Notes under the pieces: model-generated
Database searches by the model: none
Seen by the model: only the letters and a program-made list of their open reading frames with translations
Told to the model about the DNA's origin: nothing
Shown: positions 19,202 through 28,868 of the stretch, in pieces
Position numbering within the stretch: position 1 is the first letter of the stretch
Layout of the letters: the number at the start of each line of letters is the position of its first letter
Translations under genes and position numbers: made by a program
Source of the DNA: Alphaproteobacteria bacterium
Lineage (GTDB): Bacteria > Pseudomonadota > Alphaproteobacteria > Paracaedibacterales > CAIOTO01
Direction of reading: 5' to 3'
Assembly: GCA_947488275.1 (NCBI GenBank)
Contig: CANKZX010000003.1
Span: 1-62,052 of the forward strand
Length of the DNA: 62,052 bases

Positions 19202-20758
19202 TCATGCCATCAATGATTTCGTATAATCCGACAAATCACCCTCAAATGGCGTCAATGTTTTATTCTTAACAATCCACAATCGATCCGCTACATGTTGAAG
19301 TAAATGTCGATCATGGGTGATAAGGATCACTGCACCTGTATAATCATTCAAGGCTGTAATTAATGATTCACGCATTTCCATATCCAAGTGGTTTGTTGGC
19401 TCGTCTAAAATAAGCAAATTTGGTTTTTCGGCTGTAAGACAGGCAAATAATAAACGGGCGCGCTCACCACCTGATAATAATTTAACCAGCTGATCTGCTT
19501 TTTCTTTTGGAAAACCGAAACGTCCCAAATGACCACGGACTTGCGTTGGTGTTGCTTTTGGCATTGCATCTGCAACAACGTGAAACGCTGTTCGATCTGT
19601 TTCTAAATTTTCAAACTGATCTTGACGGTAAAACGCAATTTTAAGTTTACCATGACGTTTTACTTCGCCGCTAAAGGCATTAAGCTCTCCCGCTAGAAAT
19701 TTGGCTAACGTTGACTTACCGTTACCATTCGCCCCTACAAGACCAATACGTTCATCAGGACTTAATGTTGCATTCAAATTTTTTAAAATAACCGTATCGT
19801 CATATCCTAACGAAACCTTCTCAAAGGCTAGCATGGGTGGCGAAATAACATCAGGTGGAGGGAAATTAAAGGCAACCGTTGGATCATCTTGATCAACAGG
19901 TATAAATTTTAGCTTTTCAATTGCCTTCATACGACTTTGTGCTTGACGTGATTTAGAGGCTTTCGCTTTAAAACGATTCACAAACGCTTGCATGTGTGCG
20001 CGTTGTTCTTCCATACGTGTATTGTACGCTGAAATATTTGCTTGTTGTTGCTCATAAATTGTTAGAAACGTATCAAAGTCACCTGTATAACGCGCTACTT
20101 TACCACTTTTCAGATGCAGCACTGAATTAATGGTTGCATTCAGAAATTCACGATCGTGCGATATCAATAAAAAGCTTTTTGGATACTTTGATAAAAATGT
20201 TTGAAGCCATTGTGTTGTTTCAAAATCAAGGTGGTTTGTTGGCTCATCAAGAAGGAGCAAATCAGGCTCCTGAAACAACGCTGCAGCTAGTGCAATACGC
20301 ATACGAAAGCCACCTGAAAAAGTATGAAGGGGACGAAGCTGTGCTTCATCATCAAAGCCAAGGCCTTTTAAGACAATTGCCGCTCGCGATTCAGCCGTAT
20401 ACGCATCAATTTGGATAAGACGTTCATAAATATCACCCAAACGATTGGGATCTTGACAATCATCCAATTCTTTCATCAGAGCAACGCGTTCTTGATCTTG
20501 TTCTAACAAATAAGCCAATGGTGACAAATCACCTGATGGCATCTCTTGCTTAATGGCCAAAATTTTAAAATGCTTTGCGATTTCAACATCACCCTTATCA
20601 ACGGTAAGTTTACCTTGGATGATATTGAATAACGTTGATTTGCCCGAACCATTACGACCAACAAGCCCTATGCGATGATTCTGTGCGATCTGAAAGGTGA
20701 CATTCTCAAGCAATGAGCGCCCACCAACAAAATAACTAATACGATTAAGTGATAACAT
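19202..20758 (-). CDS. ABC-F family ATP-binding protein
   Basis: Two ABC domains (GRNGSGKS, GANGNGKS, FSGG/LSGG, DEPTNHLD x2), no TM. Confidence 0.9.
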   Translation of the reverse strand: MLSLNRISYFVGGRSLLENVTFQIAQNHRIGLVGRNGSGKSTLFNIIQGKLTVDKGDVEIAKHFKILAIKQEMPSGDLSPLAYLLEQDQERVALMKELDDCQDPNRLGDIYERLIQIDAYTAESRAAIVLKGLGFDDEAQLRPLHTFSGGFRMRIALAAALFQEPDLLLLDEPTNHLDFETTQWLQTFLSKYPKSFLLISHDREFLNATINSVLHLKSGKVARYTGDFDTFLTIYEQQQANISAYNTRMEEQRAHMQAFVNRFKAKASKSRQAQSRMKAIEKLKFIPVDQDDPTVAFNFPPPDVISPPMLAFEKVSLGYDDTVILKNLNATLSPDERIGLVGANGNGKSTLAKFLAGELNAFSGEVKRHGKLKIAFYRQDQFENLETDRTAFHVVADAMPKATPTQVRGHLGRFGFPKEKADQLVKLLSGGERARLLFACLTAEKPNLLILDEPTNHLDMEMRESLITALNDYTGAVILITHDRHLLQHVADRLWIVKNKTLTPFEGDLSDYTKSLMA

Positions 20759-20822
20759 GTCTTCTTAAATCCGCAGTGAAGCGGCTTTTCTTTTAAAAGT
20801 TAGTAAAACAGCAAATAAACAT

Positions 20823-21824
20823 TTATCTGCCAATATGATTGGGTATTAATTCTTTCCTGGTTTTCAACGTTTTTTCAGTCACGTTGTTATCCGATGCGGG
20901 AAGTACCTTTATTTTTTGATTCTCAACAAATCCATGGGATACCCCAAAATAAATCGAGCCAGGTGTTTTTAGTGTGTTTTGAACATACACGACCTTTTCC
21001 GCGTCGCCAACAGATATATACGCATCTTTATAGGGTGCAAGTGAAAATGATTCACCTTTTCTAAGGTATTTAACGGCTAAACGAACGCCATTCTCATCCA
21101 TTATTTTCACCCATGTTTCATCAATTGCATCCAAACGATTGTCAATCGTTTCTACTGGCGTGTGTGTCGAGGTAGGTGATGTATTGTCACCTATATCATC
21201 AAAACGCGTATCCCGAACAGGAGGTGATTTTTGAGGCGTGAGATTCAATATAACATCATTACTTTTTTCCCGTGTAGATGATAATTCAGCGGACATCTTT
21301 GCTGTTTGTTGAGGTTCTTTTTCAAGTGCTATTGGTTTTGTTTCGGCCAATGCATGTTCGTTCTTTTCCTGCATTTTGGATGTCACGTCAACGGTTGTGT
21401 CATTTTCTTTAGCCGCTTGCCACATGTGCAATGCATACCAAATCACTGAAACACTCATCACCATCAATAGTGACAAAACAACAGTTTTTACTGTTAGAAT
21501 TTTTTTAGGCTTATTGGGTAAATAAAGTTTAAACGATGATTGAGCATCGATTGATGACATTTGTTTTAAATAAAGGGATACAAACGCATCTGAAGGCACA
21601 TTTAAGAAATCACAATAGTTACGAATAAAACCTGTTGTGTAAACCGTGCCAGGTAACGCTTCAAAATCTTCATTTTCAAGGCATAACAAAAAATGAGATC
21701 TAATTTTCGTTGCTTGTGAAACTTTCTCAATTGTTAAGTTTTTTTGAAGACGCGTGTGCTTTAAAAAGGCACCAAGTGATTCAACAAAAACGGACTCATC
21801 CGAAACCAATGCTTCTGAAAACAT
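20823..21824 (-). CDS. rodZ: RodZ-like HTH / TM / DUF4115 protein
   Basis: HTH_25 'TKIR..FL..LE..dF..LPG.VY..GFIRNY', TM helix, C-terminal 'ETWV.I.D..G...GES'. Confidence 0.75.
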   Translation of the reverse strand: MFSEALVSDESVFVESLGAFLKHTRLQKNLTIEKVSQATKIRSHFLLCLENEDFEALPGTVYTTGFIRNYCDFLNVPSDAFVSLYLKQMSSIDAQSSFKLYLPNKPKKILTVKTVVLSLLMVMSVSVIWYALHMWQAAKENDTTVDVTSKMQEKNEHALAETKPIALEKEPQQTAKMSAELSSTREKSNDVILNLTPQKSPPVRDTRFDDIGDNTSPTSTHTPVETIDNRLDAIDETWVKIMDENGVRLAVKYLRKGESFSLAPYKDAYISVGDAEKVVYVQNTLKTPGSIYFGVSHGFVENQKIKVLPASDNNVTEKTLKTRKELIPNHIGR

Positions 21825-21870
21825 AAGAACACCTTACAAAAAAATCACCTTGTCTTTGACAAAATGGAAA

Positions 21871-22031
21871 TATACCTAATGAACATGAAGATGCCTATTT
21901 TCCGTTATGGCGAATCTGCAAAGCAGATGTGGTCATCCAGTGGCTGTTTTCCTGGATAGCCAAAGCTTTGCTCGCTATGACTAGGATGTTATTAAAAACA
22001 GGTATTTTCATTTTCGATGAGTACAGGTATA
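21871..22031. mobile_element. Degenerate MITE family C with REP pair inside (21904-21981)
   Basis: TATACCT..ATGAAGATGCCTATTTT and AAAACAGGTATTTTCAT..AGGTATA imperfect terminal inverted repeats. Confidence 0.5.
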
Positions 22032-22098
22032 AGTACTATGCAAAAAAATAGCCTAAGATGCAAGTTTAAGATTAAATATTTTATCAATCAATAAAACA

Positions 22099-23165
22099 TT
22101 AAGCACATTTACGTTTACGCTGACTCTCTGATTTTAACTGCCCACATGCCGCTAAAATATCACGCCCTCGTGGTGTTCGGACGGGTGATGCATATCCCGC
22201 ACGATACACAATATCCGCAAATGCCGAAATACGTTCAGGTGTTGAACATTCAAACGAAACACCAGGCCATGGATTAAAGGGAATTAAATTGATCTTAGCT
22301 GGAATTCCACGAATGAGACGAAGCAATTCACGCGCATCTGCATCCGAATCATTTACCCCTTTTAACATCACATATTCAAACGTAATACGCCGTGCATTAT
22401 TCACGCCAGGGTAATTTCGGCATGCTTCAATTAGCTGTTCAATCGGATATTTTTTATTGAGAGGCACCAAAATATCGCGCACATCATTACGTACCGCATG
22501 CAAAGATACGGCTAAATTAACGCCTAATTCTTCGCCACATCGCTCCATCATTGGTACAACACCTGATGTGGATAATGTAATACGTCGTTTAGATAACGAT
22601 ATCCCTTGATGATCCATAATAATCATGAGCGCCTTTGATACATGTTCAAAATTGTACAATGGTTCACCCATTCCCATCATCACGATATTCGAAACATGAC
22701 GCTGCCCAATAGGTGATGGCCATTCGCCAAAAACATCACGTGCAACCATCATTTGCCCAACAATTTCGCTCGACTCTAGATTTCGAACCAGTGTTTGCGT
22801 TCCTGTATGGCAAAACTTACACGTCAAAGTACATCCAATTTGGGATGATACACATAAGGTGCCACGATCAACTTCTGGAATATGAACTGTTTCTGCTTCT
22901 TGCCCATCGCTAAATTGCAAAAGCCATTTTGTGTTCCATCGGTCGATGCCTGTGCTGTTGCAATCTTTGGACGCTCAATTACAAACGAATCATCAAGCAA
23001 TTGTCGCACAGGTTTTGGCATATTCACCATTCGATCAAATGTTGTCACCCCATGATGATATAACCAATTCCATAGTTGCTGCACACGATAGGCAGGGACA
23101 TCCCGTGAGACAAGATGGTCTTTGAGTTCATCCCTGCTTAAACCAATGAGATTAATTTTATTCAT
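22099..23165 (-). pseudogene. rlmN: 23S rRNA/tRNA m2A methyltransferase RlmN, split by a 1-nt deletion (pseudogene or sequencing error)
   Basis: N-part 22824-23165 and C-part 22099-22920 ([26 protein letters not shown]); one extra T in the run 22927-22930 restores DGTQKWLLQF. Confidence 0.85.
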
Positions 23166-23231
23166 TTACACAACCACCATACATTCTATATTAGAGATAA
23201 TACGTATTTATAAAAATTCAAGAGTTACTCT

Positions 23232-24785
23232 TTAGCTTTCATGATCAACACGTGTCATGTTTCGACGAAAACGCTGGATATCAAGCGCACCTGTTAGCCA
23301 TGCACATACCCCAAACAAACCAATACCAATCAATGCCGCTACCATAATAAAGATAGCTTTCCAAAATCCGCTATATGACACAACAGGATCTAACCAGAAT
23401 TTAATGCCGTACAACATCGGTAACGCCAGCAAAATCGTTAGTATCATACGCCCCATAAAGTGAATTAGCTCTTTTGATACCACAAATAAGCCGCGGTTTC
23501 GCAAAATAGAGGCAAGTACCAATGCATTTGCCCACGCCGCAATCGATGTCGCAACCGCCAGGCCAACATGTTTAAAGGGGCCGATAAGAAGAAGGTTTAA
23601 CACTAAATTTAAAATAACTGAACATACCGCAACAATAACAGGCGTTTTTGTATCTTGGTTTGAAAAGAATGTTGTCGCAAAAATCTTAATTAAAATATAG
23701 GCAGGTAACCCAGAAGCGAAGGCAATAAGCGCTGCTGATGTCGCATACGTATCAATAAGTGTAAATTTACCATGTTGAAAAATCATGCCAACAATAGGTA
23801 CTGCCCATACAATCAAACCACACATCGATGGCAATGTTAGTAACATCGCAAATTCAATTGAATCGCGCTGCGATGAAAGCGCATCATTCACTTTGCCTGC
23901 CGCCACATGACGTGACATCAATGGTAATAAAACGGTACTAATCGCCGTTCCAATCACACTTAAGGGCAGCTGATTTAATCGTTCAGCATAATCAAGATAC
24001 GATAAATACCCCTTCGGCAAGTCAGAGGCAATAATCATATCAATGAGAATATTAATTTGCACAACTCCTGCGCCAAATGCAGCAGGTCCTACTTTTTTAA
24101 AAAAATCCTTTACGCGTGGTGACATTACGGGGAACTTAAGTTTAATACCATACCCAGCACGCATACACGGTACTAAAACCCAAAGTAACTGAATAACACC
24201 ACATCCCAAAACAGCAATTGAAAAATCAAGCCCTGGATCTTGGTTAAGCGTTTGTGAAAACCACACAAAGACAACAATAAAAATATTACCCACCATGGGT
24301 GATGACGCAACACTCATAAATCGATCAAGTGAATTCAAAATACCACTATAAAAAGCCGTCAATGAGATAAACAAAATAAAGGGAAATGTAATTCGGGTGA
24401 ATTGAATCGTCAGCTCGAGGCGTTCTGCCTCAAAACCAGGCACAAGAATTTTAAAAAGGGTTGGCATAAAAAGTTCAACCACAAGCACTAAAATGCACAG
24501 CATCAGTGTAAGCCAACTTAAGATTTGCTCCGCAAAACTGATGGCATCATCCTTACCCTCTGGTTTTGCGAGCAATCCTGCAAACATTGGAACAAAGGAT
24601 GCATTAAAGGCACCTTCGGCAAAAATACGCCGAAAAAGGGATGGCAGTTTAATCGCAATCTTAATCGCATCCGACATGGCGCCTGCACCAAGCATTGTTG
24701 CCATTAAAATCTCACGAAGGAAACCAACAATACGACTTAAAATTGTCAGAAAACCAACCGCAAAGAATGAACGATAAAGTGCCAT
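23232..24785 (-). CDS. murJ: Lipid II flippase MurJ
   Basis: SRIVGFLRE, RRIFAEGAF, YAERLNQLP, DTKTPV; multi-TM. Confidence 0.95.
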   Translation of the reverse strand: MALYRSFFAVGFLTILSRIVGFLREILMATMLGAGAMSDAIKIAIKLPSLFRRIFAEGAFNASFVPMFAGLLAKPEGKDDAISFAEQILSWLTLMLCILVLVVELFMPTLFKILVPGFEAERLELTIQFTRITFPFILFISLTAFYSGILNSLDRFMSVASSPMVGNIFIVVFVWFSQTLNQDPGLDFSIAVLGCGVIQLLWVLVPCMRAGYGIKLKFPVMSPRVKDFFKKVGPAAFGAGVVQINILIDMIIASDLPKGYLSYLDYAERLNQLPLSVIGTAISTVLLPLMSRHVAAGKVNDALSSQRDSIEFAMLLTLPSMCGLIVWAVPIVGMIFQHGKFTLIDTYATSAALIAFASGLPAYILIKIFATTFFSNQDTKTPVIVAVCSVILNLVLNLLLIGPFKHVGLAVATSIAAWANALVLASILRNRGLFVVSKELIHFMGRMILTILLALPMLYGIKFWLDPVVSYSGFWKAIFIMVAALIGIGLFGVCAWLTGALDIQRFRRNMTRVDHES

Positions 24786-24869
24786 AGAATTATTTTCTAA
24801 TGATAAGCATGGGTTGTGATAACACGTTTTTCATAAATAAAGAAGCCTTTTATGGTTGAGTGAAAATTT

Positions 24870-25691
24870 CTATGATACGGTAAAAATTTCAACACCCGTT
24901 GCTGTTACACCAATCGTATGTTCAAACTGTGCAGACAATGAACGATCACGCGTAACTGCCGTCCAATCATCATCTAGTACCTTAATCTGCCATTTGCCCG
25001 CATTAATCATTGGTTCAATCGTAAAAAACATTCCTTCTTTAAGGACAATCCCTTCACCAGGAGCACCATAATGAACAACACTCGGCGCCACATGAAATTC
25101 GCGACCAATTCCGTGTCCGCAAAAATCACGCACAACTGAAAAACTGTTTTTCTCAGCATGTGTTTGAATCACATGACCAATATCCCCAAGGGTCGTTCCA
25201 GGTTTGACGATGTCAATCGCTCTCATCAAACATTCATAGGTCACATTAACGAGTTTCTCTGCACGCAATGGAACTTTTCCAATGCAGAACATACGGCTTG
25301 TATCACCATACCAACCATCCACAATCACTGTCACATCCACATTGATGATATCACCCGTCATTAGTTTTTTATCGGATGGAATACCATGGCACACAACATG
25401 ATTTACTGATGTGCAAATTGATTTTGGAAACCCACGATAATTAAGCGGCGCTGGAATGGCGTTATGTTCAATAATCCAATTATGACACAGTGTATTAATT
25501 TCATCCGTTGTAATCCCTGCCTTAATAAAGGGCGTTACATAATCGAGGAGCTGTGATGCCATTTGTCCAGCTTTGCGCATACCAACAAACCCTTCCTCGC
25601 CATGAATAATGATTGAATCATCGTCATCATGCGAATCGTTATGGGTATGTTTGCAATGTTCACTATGCACGTGATGCTGTGGATTAATCAT
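24870..25691 (-). CDS. map: Type I methionine aminopeptidase with His-rich N-terminus
   Basis: SICTSVNHVVCHGIP, GDTSR, GHGIG..FH, TIEPM, AQFEHT. Confidence 0.95.
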   Translation of the reverse strand: MINPQHHVHSEHCKHTHNDSHDDDDSIIIHGEEGFVGMRKAGQMASQLLDYVTPFIKAGITTDEINTLCHNWIIEHNAIPAPLNYRGFPKSICTSVNHVVCHGIPSDKKLMTGDIINVDVTVIVDGWYGDTSRMFCIGKVPLRAEKLVNVTYECLMRAIDIVKPGTTLGDIGHVIQTHAEKNSFSVVRDFCGHGIGREFHVAPSVVHYGAPGEGIVLKEGMFFTIEPMINAGKWQIKVLDDDWTAVTRDRSLSAQFEHTIGVTATGVEIFTVS

Positions 25692-25710
25692 GTTGTTCTT
25701 CTTCTTTCAT

Positions 25711-25745
25711 AAAAAAACCCCGCACCATAATCATGAGAGCGGGGA
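25711..25745 (-). terminator. Probable intrinsic terminator after rpsD
   Basis: A-run then CCCCGC..GCGGGG stem. Confidence 0.5.
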
Positions 25746-25767
25746 ATTGCACGACTTTAATTAAATA

Positions 25768-26382
25768 TTAACGTGAATAAAATTCAACAACCAAATGTGG
25801 TTCCATTTGAACAGGGAATGGAACATCACTTAATTTTGGCGTGCGAACAAATTTGCCTTTCATCGCCTTGTGATCAACTTCCATATATTCTGGAACATCA
25901 CGTTCTGTCAGTTGAGTCGCCCCAATAACAACCGCATTGTCTTTCATGGATGTAATGATAGAAATCTCATCGCCTTCTTTAACAAGGTATGATGGAATAT
26001 TCACGCGTTTGCCATTAACAGCGATATGTCCATGGTTTACAATTTGACGTGACGCAAAAACAGTCGCAACGAATTTCATACGATAAACAACTGCATCTAA
26101 ACGACGTTCCAATAAACCAATCATATTTTCAGAAGTGTCACCTTTGCGACGCACAGCTTCATCATATACACGGCGGAATTGACGTTCGCTGATGTTACCA
26201 TAGTAACCTTTTAGTTTTTGTTTAGCGCGAAGCTGTACGCCATAGTCTGATGGCTTTGAGCGTTGTTGACCATGTTGACCTGGACCATAGGCGCGGGCAA
26301 TAAATGGACTCTTCGCACGACCCCAAAGGTTTACGCCCAAGCGGCGGTCGATTTTATGTTTTGCGGTGACTCTCTTTGTCAT
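25768..26382 (-). CDS. rpsD: 30S ribosomal protein S4
   Basis: [40 protein letters not shown]; start MTKR. Confidence 0.97.
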   Translation of the reverse strand: MTKRVTAKHKIDRRLGVNLWGRAKSPFIARAYGPGQHGQQRSKPSDYGVQLRAKQKLKGYYGNISERQFRRVYDEAVRRKGDTSENMIGLLERRLDAVVYRMKFVATVFASRQIVNHGHIAVNGKRVNIPSYLVKEGDEISIITSMKDNAVVIGATQLTERDVPEYMEVDHKAMKGKFVRTPKLSDVPFPVQMEPHLVVEFYSR

Positions 26383-26516
26383 TGATGATAGCCTTAAAAG
26401 TAATTGCATTTTCAAATAGAAGTTAGAAAGTAATAACATGTTCAAAAAAAAATGTCAAGATTCCGTGTGTTTGAAAATTAATTTCATGCAAAAACAAAAA
26501 TTATATAGACTTCAAC

Positions 26517-26604
26517 TGGTGAAAAAGTTAAACTTTTTGGTAGTCATATGGTGAAAAAGTTAAACTTTTTGGTAGTCATATGGTGAAAAAGTTCAATTTT
26601 CCCA
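26517..26604. repeat. 32-bp tandem repeat x2.75 with palindromic core AAAAAGTT-A-AACTTTTT, upstream of AAA ATPase 2
   Basis: TGGTGAAAAAGTTAAACTTTTTGGTAGTCATA at 26517 and 26549; diverged partial third copy at 26581. Confidence 0.9.
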
Positions 26605-26623
26605 TGAGTGCACAATAAAAAAT

Positions 26624-27802
26624 ATGATCAATCGCATTTTAGATCTCGCATTACCGTCTGGCAAAACCGTATTTTTATGGGGGGCTCGAAAAACAGGCAA
26701 ATCAACTTTTTTAAAGCAAAAATACCCAAATAGCTTATGGATCGATCTTTTAAAAAATGATGTGTTTAGGCACTATCTTAAAAATCCAGAATTTTTACGT
26801 GAAGAAATTTTGGCACTCAACGATTCTTCGAAAATGCCTATAATCATTGACGAGATTCAGAAAATTCCAGCCTTACTTGATGAAATTCATTGGCTTATTG
26901 AACATAATTCATCAATAGCTTTTATCTTATGTGGTTCAAGCTTAAGACGCCTTAAACATGAAGGTTCTAATCTTTTGGGCGGTCGTGCATGGCGTCAAGT
27001 TTTTACACCTCTTTGTTATCCAGAGCTCCCTACATTCAATCTTTTACGTATTTTAAATAATGGACTATTGCCTGAACATTACTTAGGCGAAAACGATGCA
27101 ACACGTTCATTAAACAGTTATATTTCTGATTACCTTATCCCTGAAATTCAATGGGAGAGCCGTATTCGAAATTTAGGATCTTTTTCTCGTTTCTTAGAAG
27201 CAATCTCATTTTCTAACGGTGAAATGCTCAATCTATCAAATATTGCGCGTGAATCAGGTATTAATGTCAAAACGGTGCAATCGTATGTTGATTTATTGAT
27301 TGATATGTTGTTGGGGTATTTAATTTTTCCTTTCTCAAAAACAGTCAGCAGGCAAATTATTGTCAGTCATCCAAAATTCTATTTTTTTGATCCAGGGATT
27401 GTGCGAATTTTAAAAAAAGTACCCAAATTTGACGCTTTAAAAGGAAGTGATGCTGGACATAGTTTTGAACATTACATCTTTTTAGAACTTATATCGTTTA
27501 AAGAAATCAATCGACTTAATTTTGATATTAATTTCTGGCGTACAAAATCAGGCGCTGAAGTTGACTTTATTATAAACAGAGGCAAAATTGCCATTGAATG
27601 CAAGATCGCAAGCACAGTTGAAAAGAGAGATTTTAAAGGTTTGATTGATTTCGCTAATGAGCATCATCCCGAACGATCGATTCTTGTATGCATGGTTCCC
27701 AGCAAACGAATTATGCGTATAAATGATGTTGATGTTGAGCTTTATCCCCTTGAGCAATTTCTAAAAGAACTTTGGGATGGGCAGATTATTAATAAAGGTT
27801 AG
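26624..27802 (+). CDS. AAA_14 ATPase with DUF4143, paralogue 2
   Basis: GARKTGKST, IIIDEIQK, LCGSS, LLGGR, PKFYFFDPG, FWRTKSGAEVDF...IECK. Confidence 0.9.
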   Translation: MINRILDLALPSGKTVFLWGARKTGKSTFLKQKYPNSLWIDLLKNDVFRHYLKNPEFLREEILALNDSSKMPIIIDEIQKIPALLDEIHWLIEHNSSIAFILCGSSLRRLKHEGSNLLGGRAWRQVFTPLCYPELPTFNLLRILNNGLLPEHYLGENDATRSLNSYISDYLIPEIQWESRIRNLGSFSRFLEAISFSNGEMLNLSNIARESGINVKTVQSYVDLLIDMLLGYLIFPFSKTVSRQIIVSHPKFYFFDPGIVRILKKVPKFDALKGSDAGHSFEHYIFLELISFKEINRLNFDINFWRTKSGAEVDFIINRGKIAIECKIASTVEKRDFKGLIDFANEHHPERSILVCMVPSKRIMRINDVDVELYPLEQFLKELWDGQIINKG

Positions 27803-27887
27803 AATGTTCTAGCTTTGCTCCGTTCATATATGCTACTTTTGCGCAGTAAAAAGTAAGTAAAAAATAGTCATAAATTAGGATGCGTTC

Positions 27888-28853
27888 ATGATTTTTGTAA
27901 CGGGTTGCGCGGGTTTTATTGGTTTTCATATCTGTCGTAAATTGCTTGAAAAAGGGCATGCTGTTTTAGGTGTTGATAACATGTCTGATTATTACGATGT
28001 GTCTCTTAAACGCGCACGTCTTGATCTTTTGCTATCTCATAAAAATTTCACATTCCGCGAAAATGATATTTCTAACAAAGAATCAATGACCATCTTAGGG
28101 CAGGATTTTAATACGATCACACACATTATTCATTTGGCTGCGCAGGCAGGTGTTAGATATTCACTTGTCAACCCTTATACATACGTCCAAACCAATGTGA
28201 TGGGGCAATTATGCATGCTTGAGCTTGCGCGTTCATTGCCGCACCTAAAACATATGGTTTATGCCAGCACATCATCTGTTTACGGTGCGAATGAAAAAAT
28301 GCCATTTTCAATTACAGATCGTACGGATACACCGATTTCGCTTTATGCGGCAACAAAGAAAAGCTGTGAGGTCATGTCGGAGAGTTATACACGTATGTAT
28401 CAGCTCCCGTTAACAGGGCTTCGTTATTTTACCGTTTATGGTCCATGGGGTCGCCCTGACATGGCCTTATTTATGTTTACACGTGCCATGCTGAATGATG
28501 AAGAAATTCCTGTGTTTAATAATGGTAATATGCAACGAAATTTCTCCTATGTGGATGATATTGTTGAAGGTACACTTTCGTGTGTGTTGTCACCACGCGA
28601 CAGTGGCTCGCACAAACTTTATAATATAGGCAACAACAAATCTGAAACCTTGATGGATTATATTCAAACACTCGAAATAGCGCTTGGTAAAAAAGCAAAA
28701 ATTCGGTTTGAGCCGATGCAAAATGGCGATGTCAAAGAAACGATTGCTGATATCAGTGAGACGATTGCTGATTTTGATTTCGTCCCGCAAACAGATATTA
28801 AAGATGGTGTGCCTAATTTCGTCAACTGGTATCGTCACTACTACAACGTTTAA
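27888..28853 (+). CDS. NAD-dependent epimerase (UDP-glucuronate 4-epimerase type)
   Basis: TGCAGFIG, HLAAQAGVRYS, YAATKK, FTVYGPWGRPDMA. Confidence 0.9.
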   Translation: MIFVTGCAGFIGFHICRKLLEKGHAVLGVDNMSDYYDVSLKRARLDLLLSHKNFTFRENDISNKESMTILGQDFNTITHIIHLAAQAGVRYSLVNPYTYVQTNVMGQLCMLELARSLPHLKHMVYASTSSVYGANEKMPFSITDRTDTPISLYAATKKSCEVMSESYTRMYQLPLTGLRYFTVYGPWGRPDMALFMFTRAMLNDEEIPVFNNGNMQRNFSYVDDIVEGTLSCVLSPRDSGSHKLYNIGNNKSETLMDYIQTLEIALGKKAKIRFEPMQNGDVKETIADISETIADFDFVPQTDIKDGVPNFVNWYRHYYNV

Positions 28854-28868
28854 AAACGGATTATAACT

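Noticed and set aside
16773-26445. Long N-terminal extensions in the ORF track for miaB and rpsD (also lpxK, trcR)
   Set aside because: Family N-termini begin at downstream ATGs (18143, 26382, 307, 43361); the miaB extension crosses a terminator.
26517-26604. CRISPR array or replication iterons
   Set aside because: Units are contiguous with no unique spacers, and there is no rep gene.
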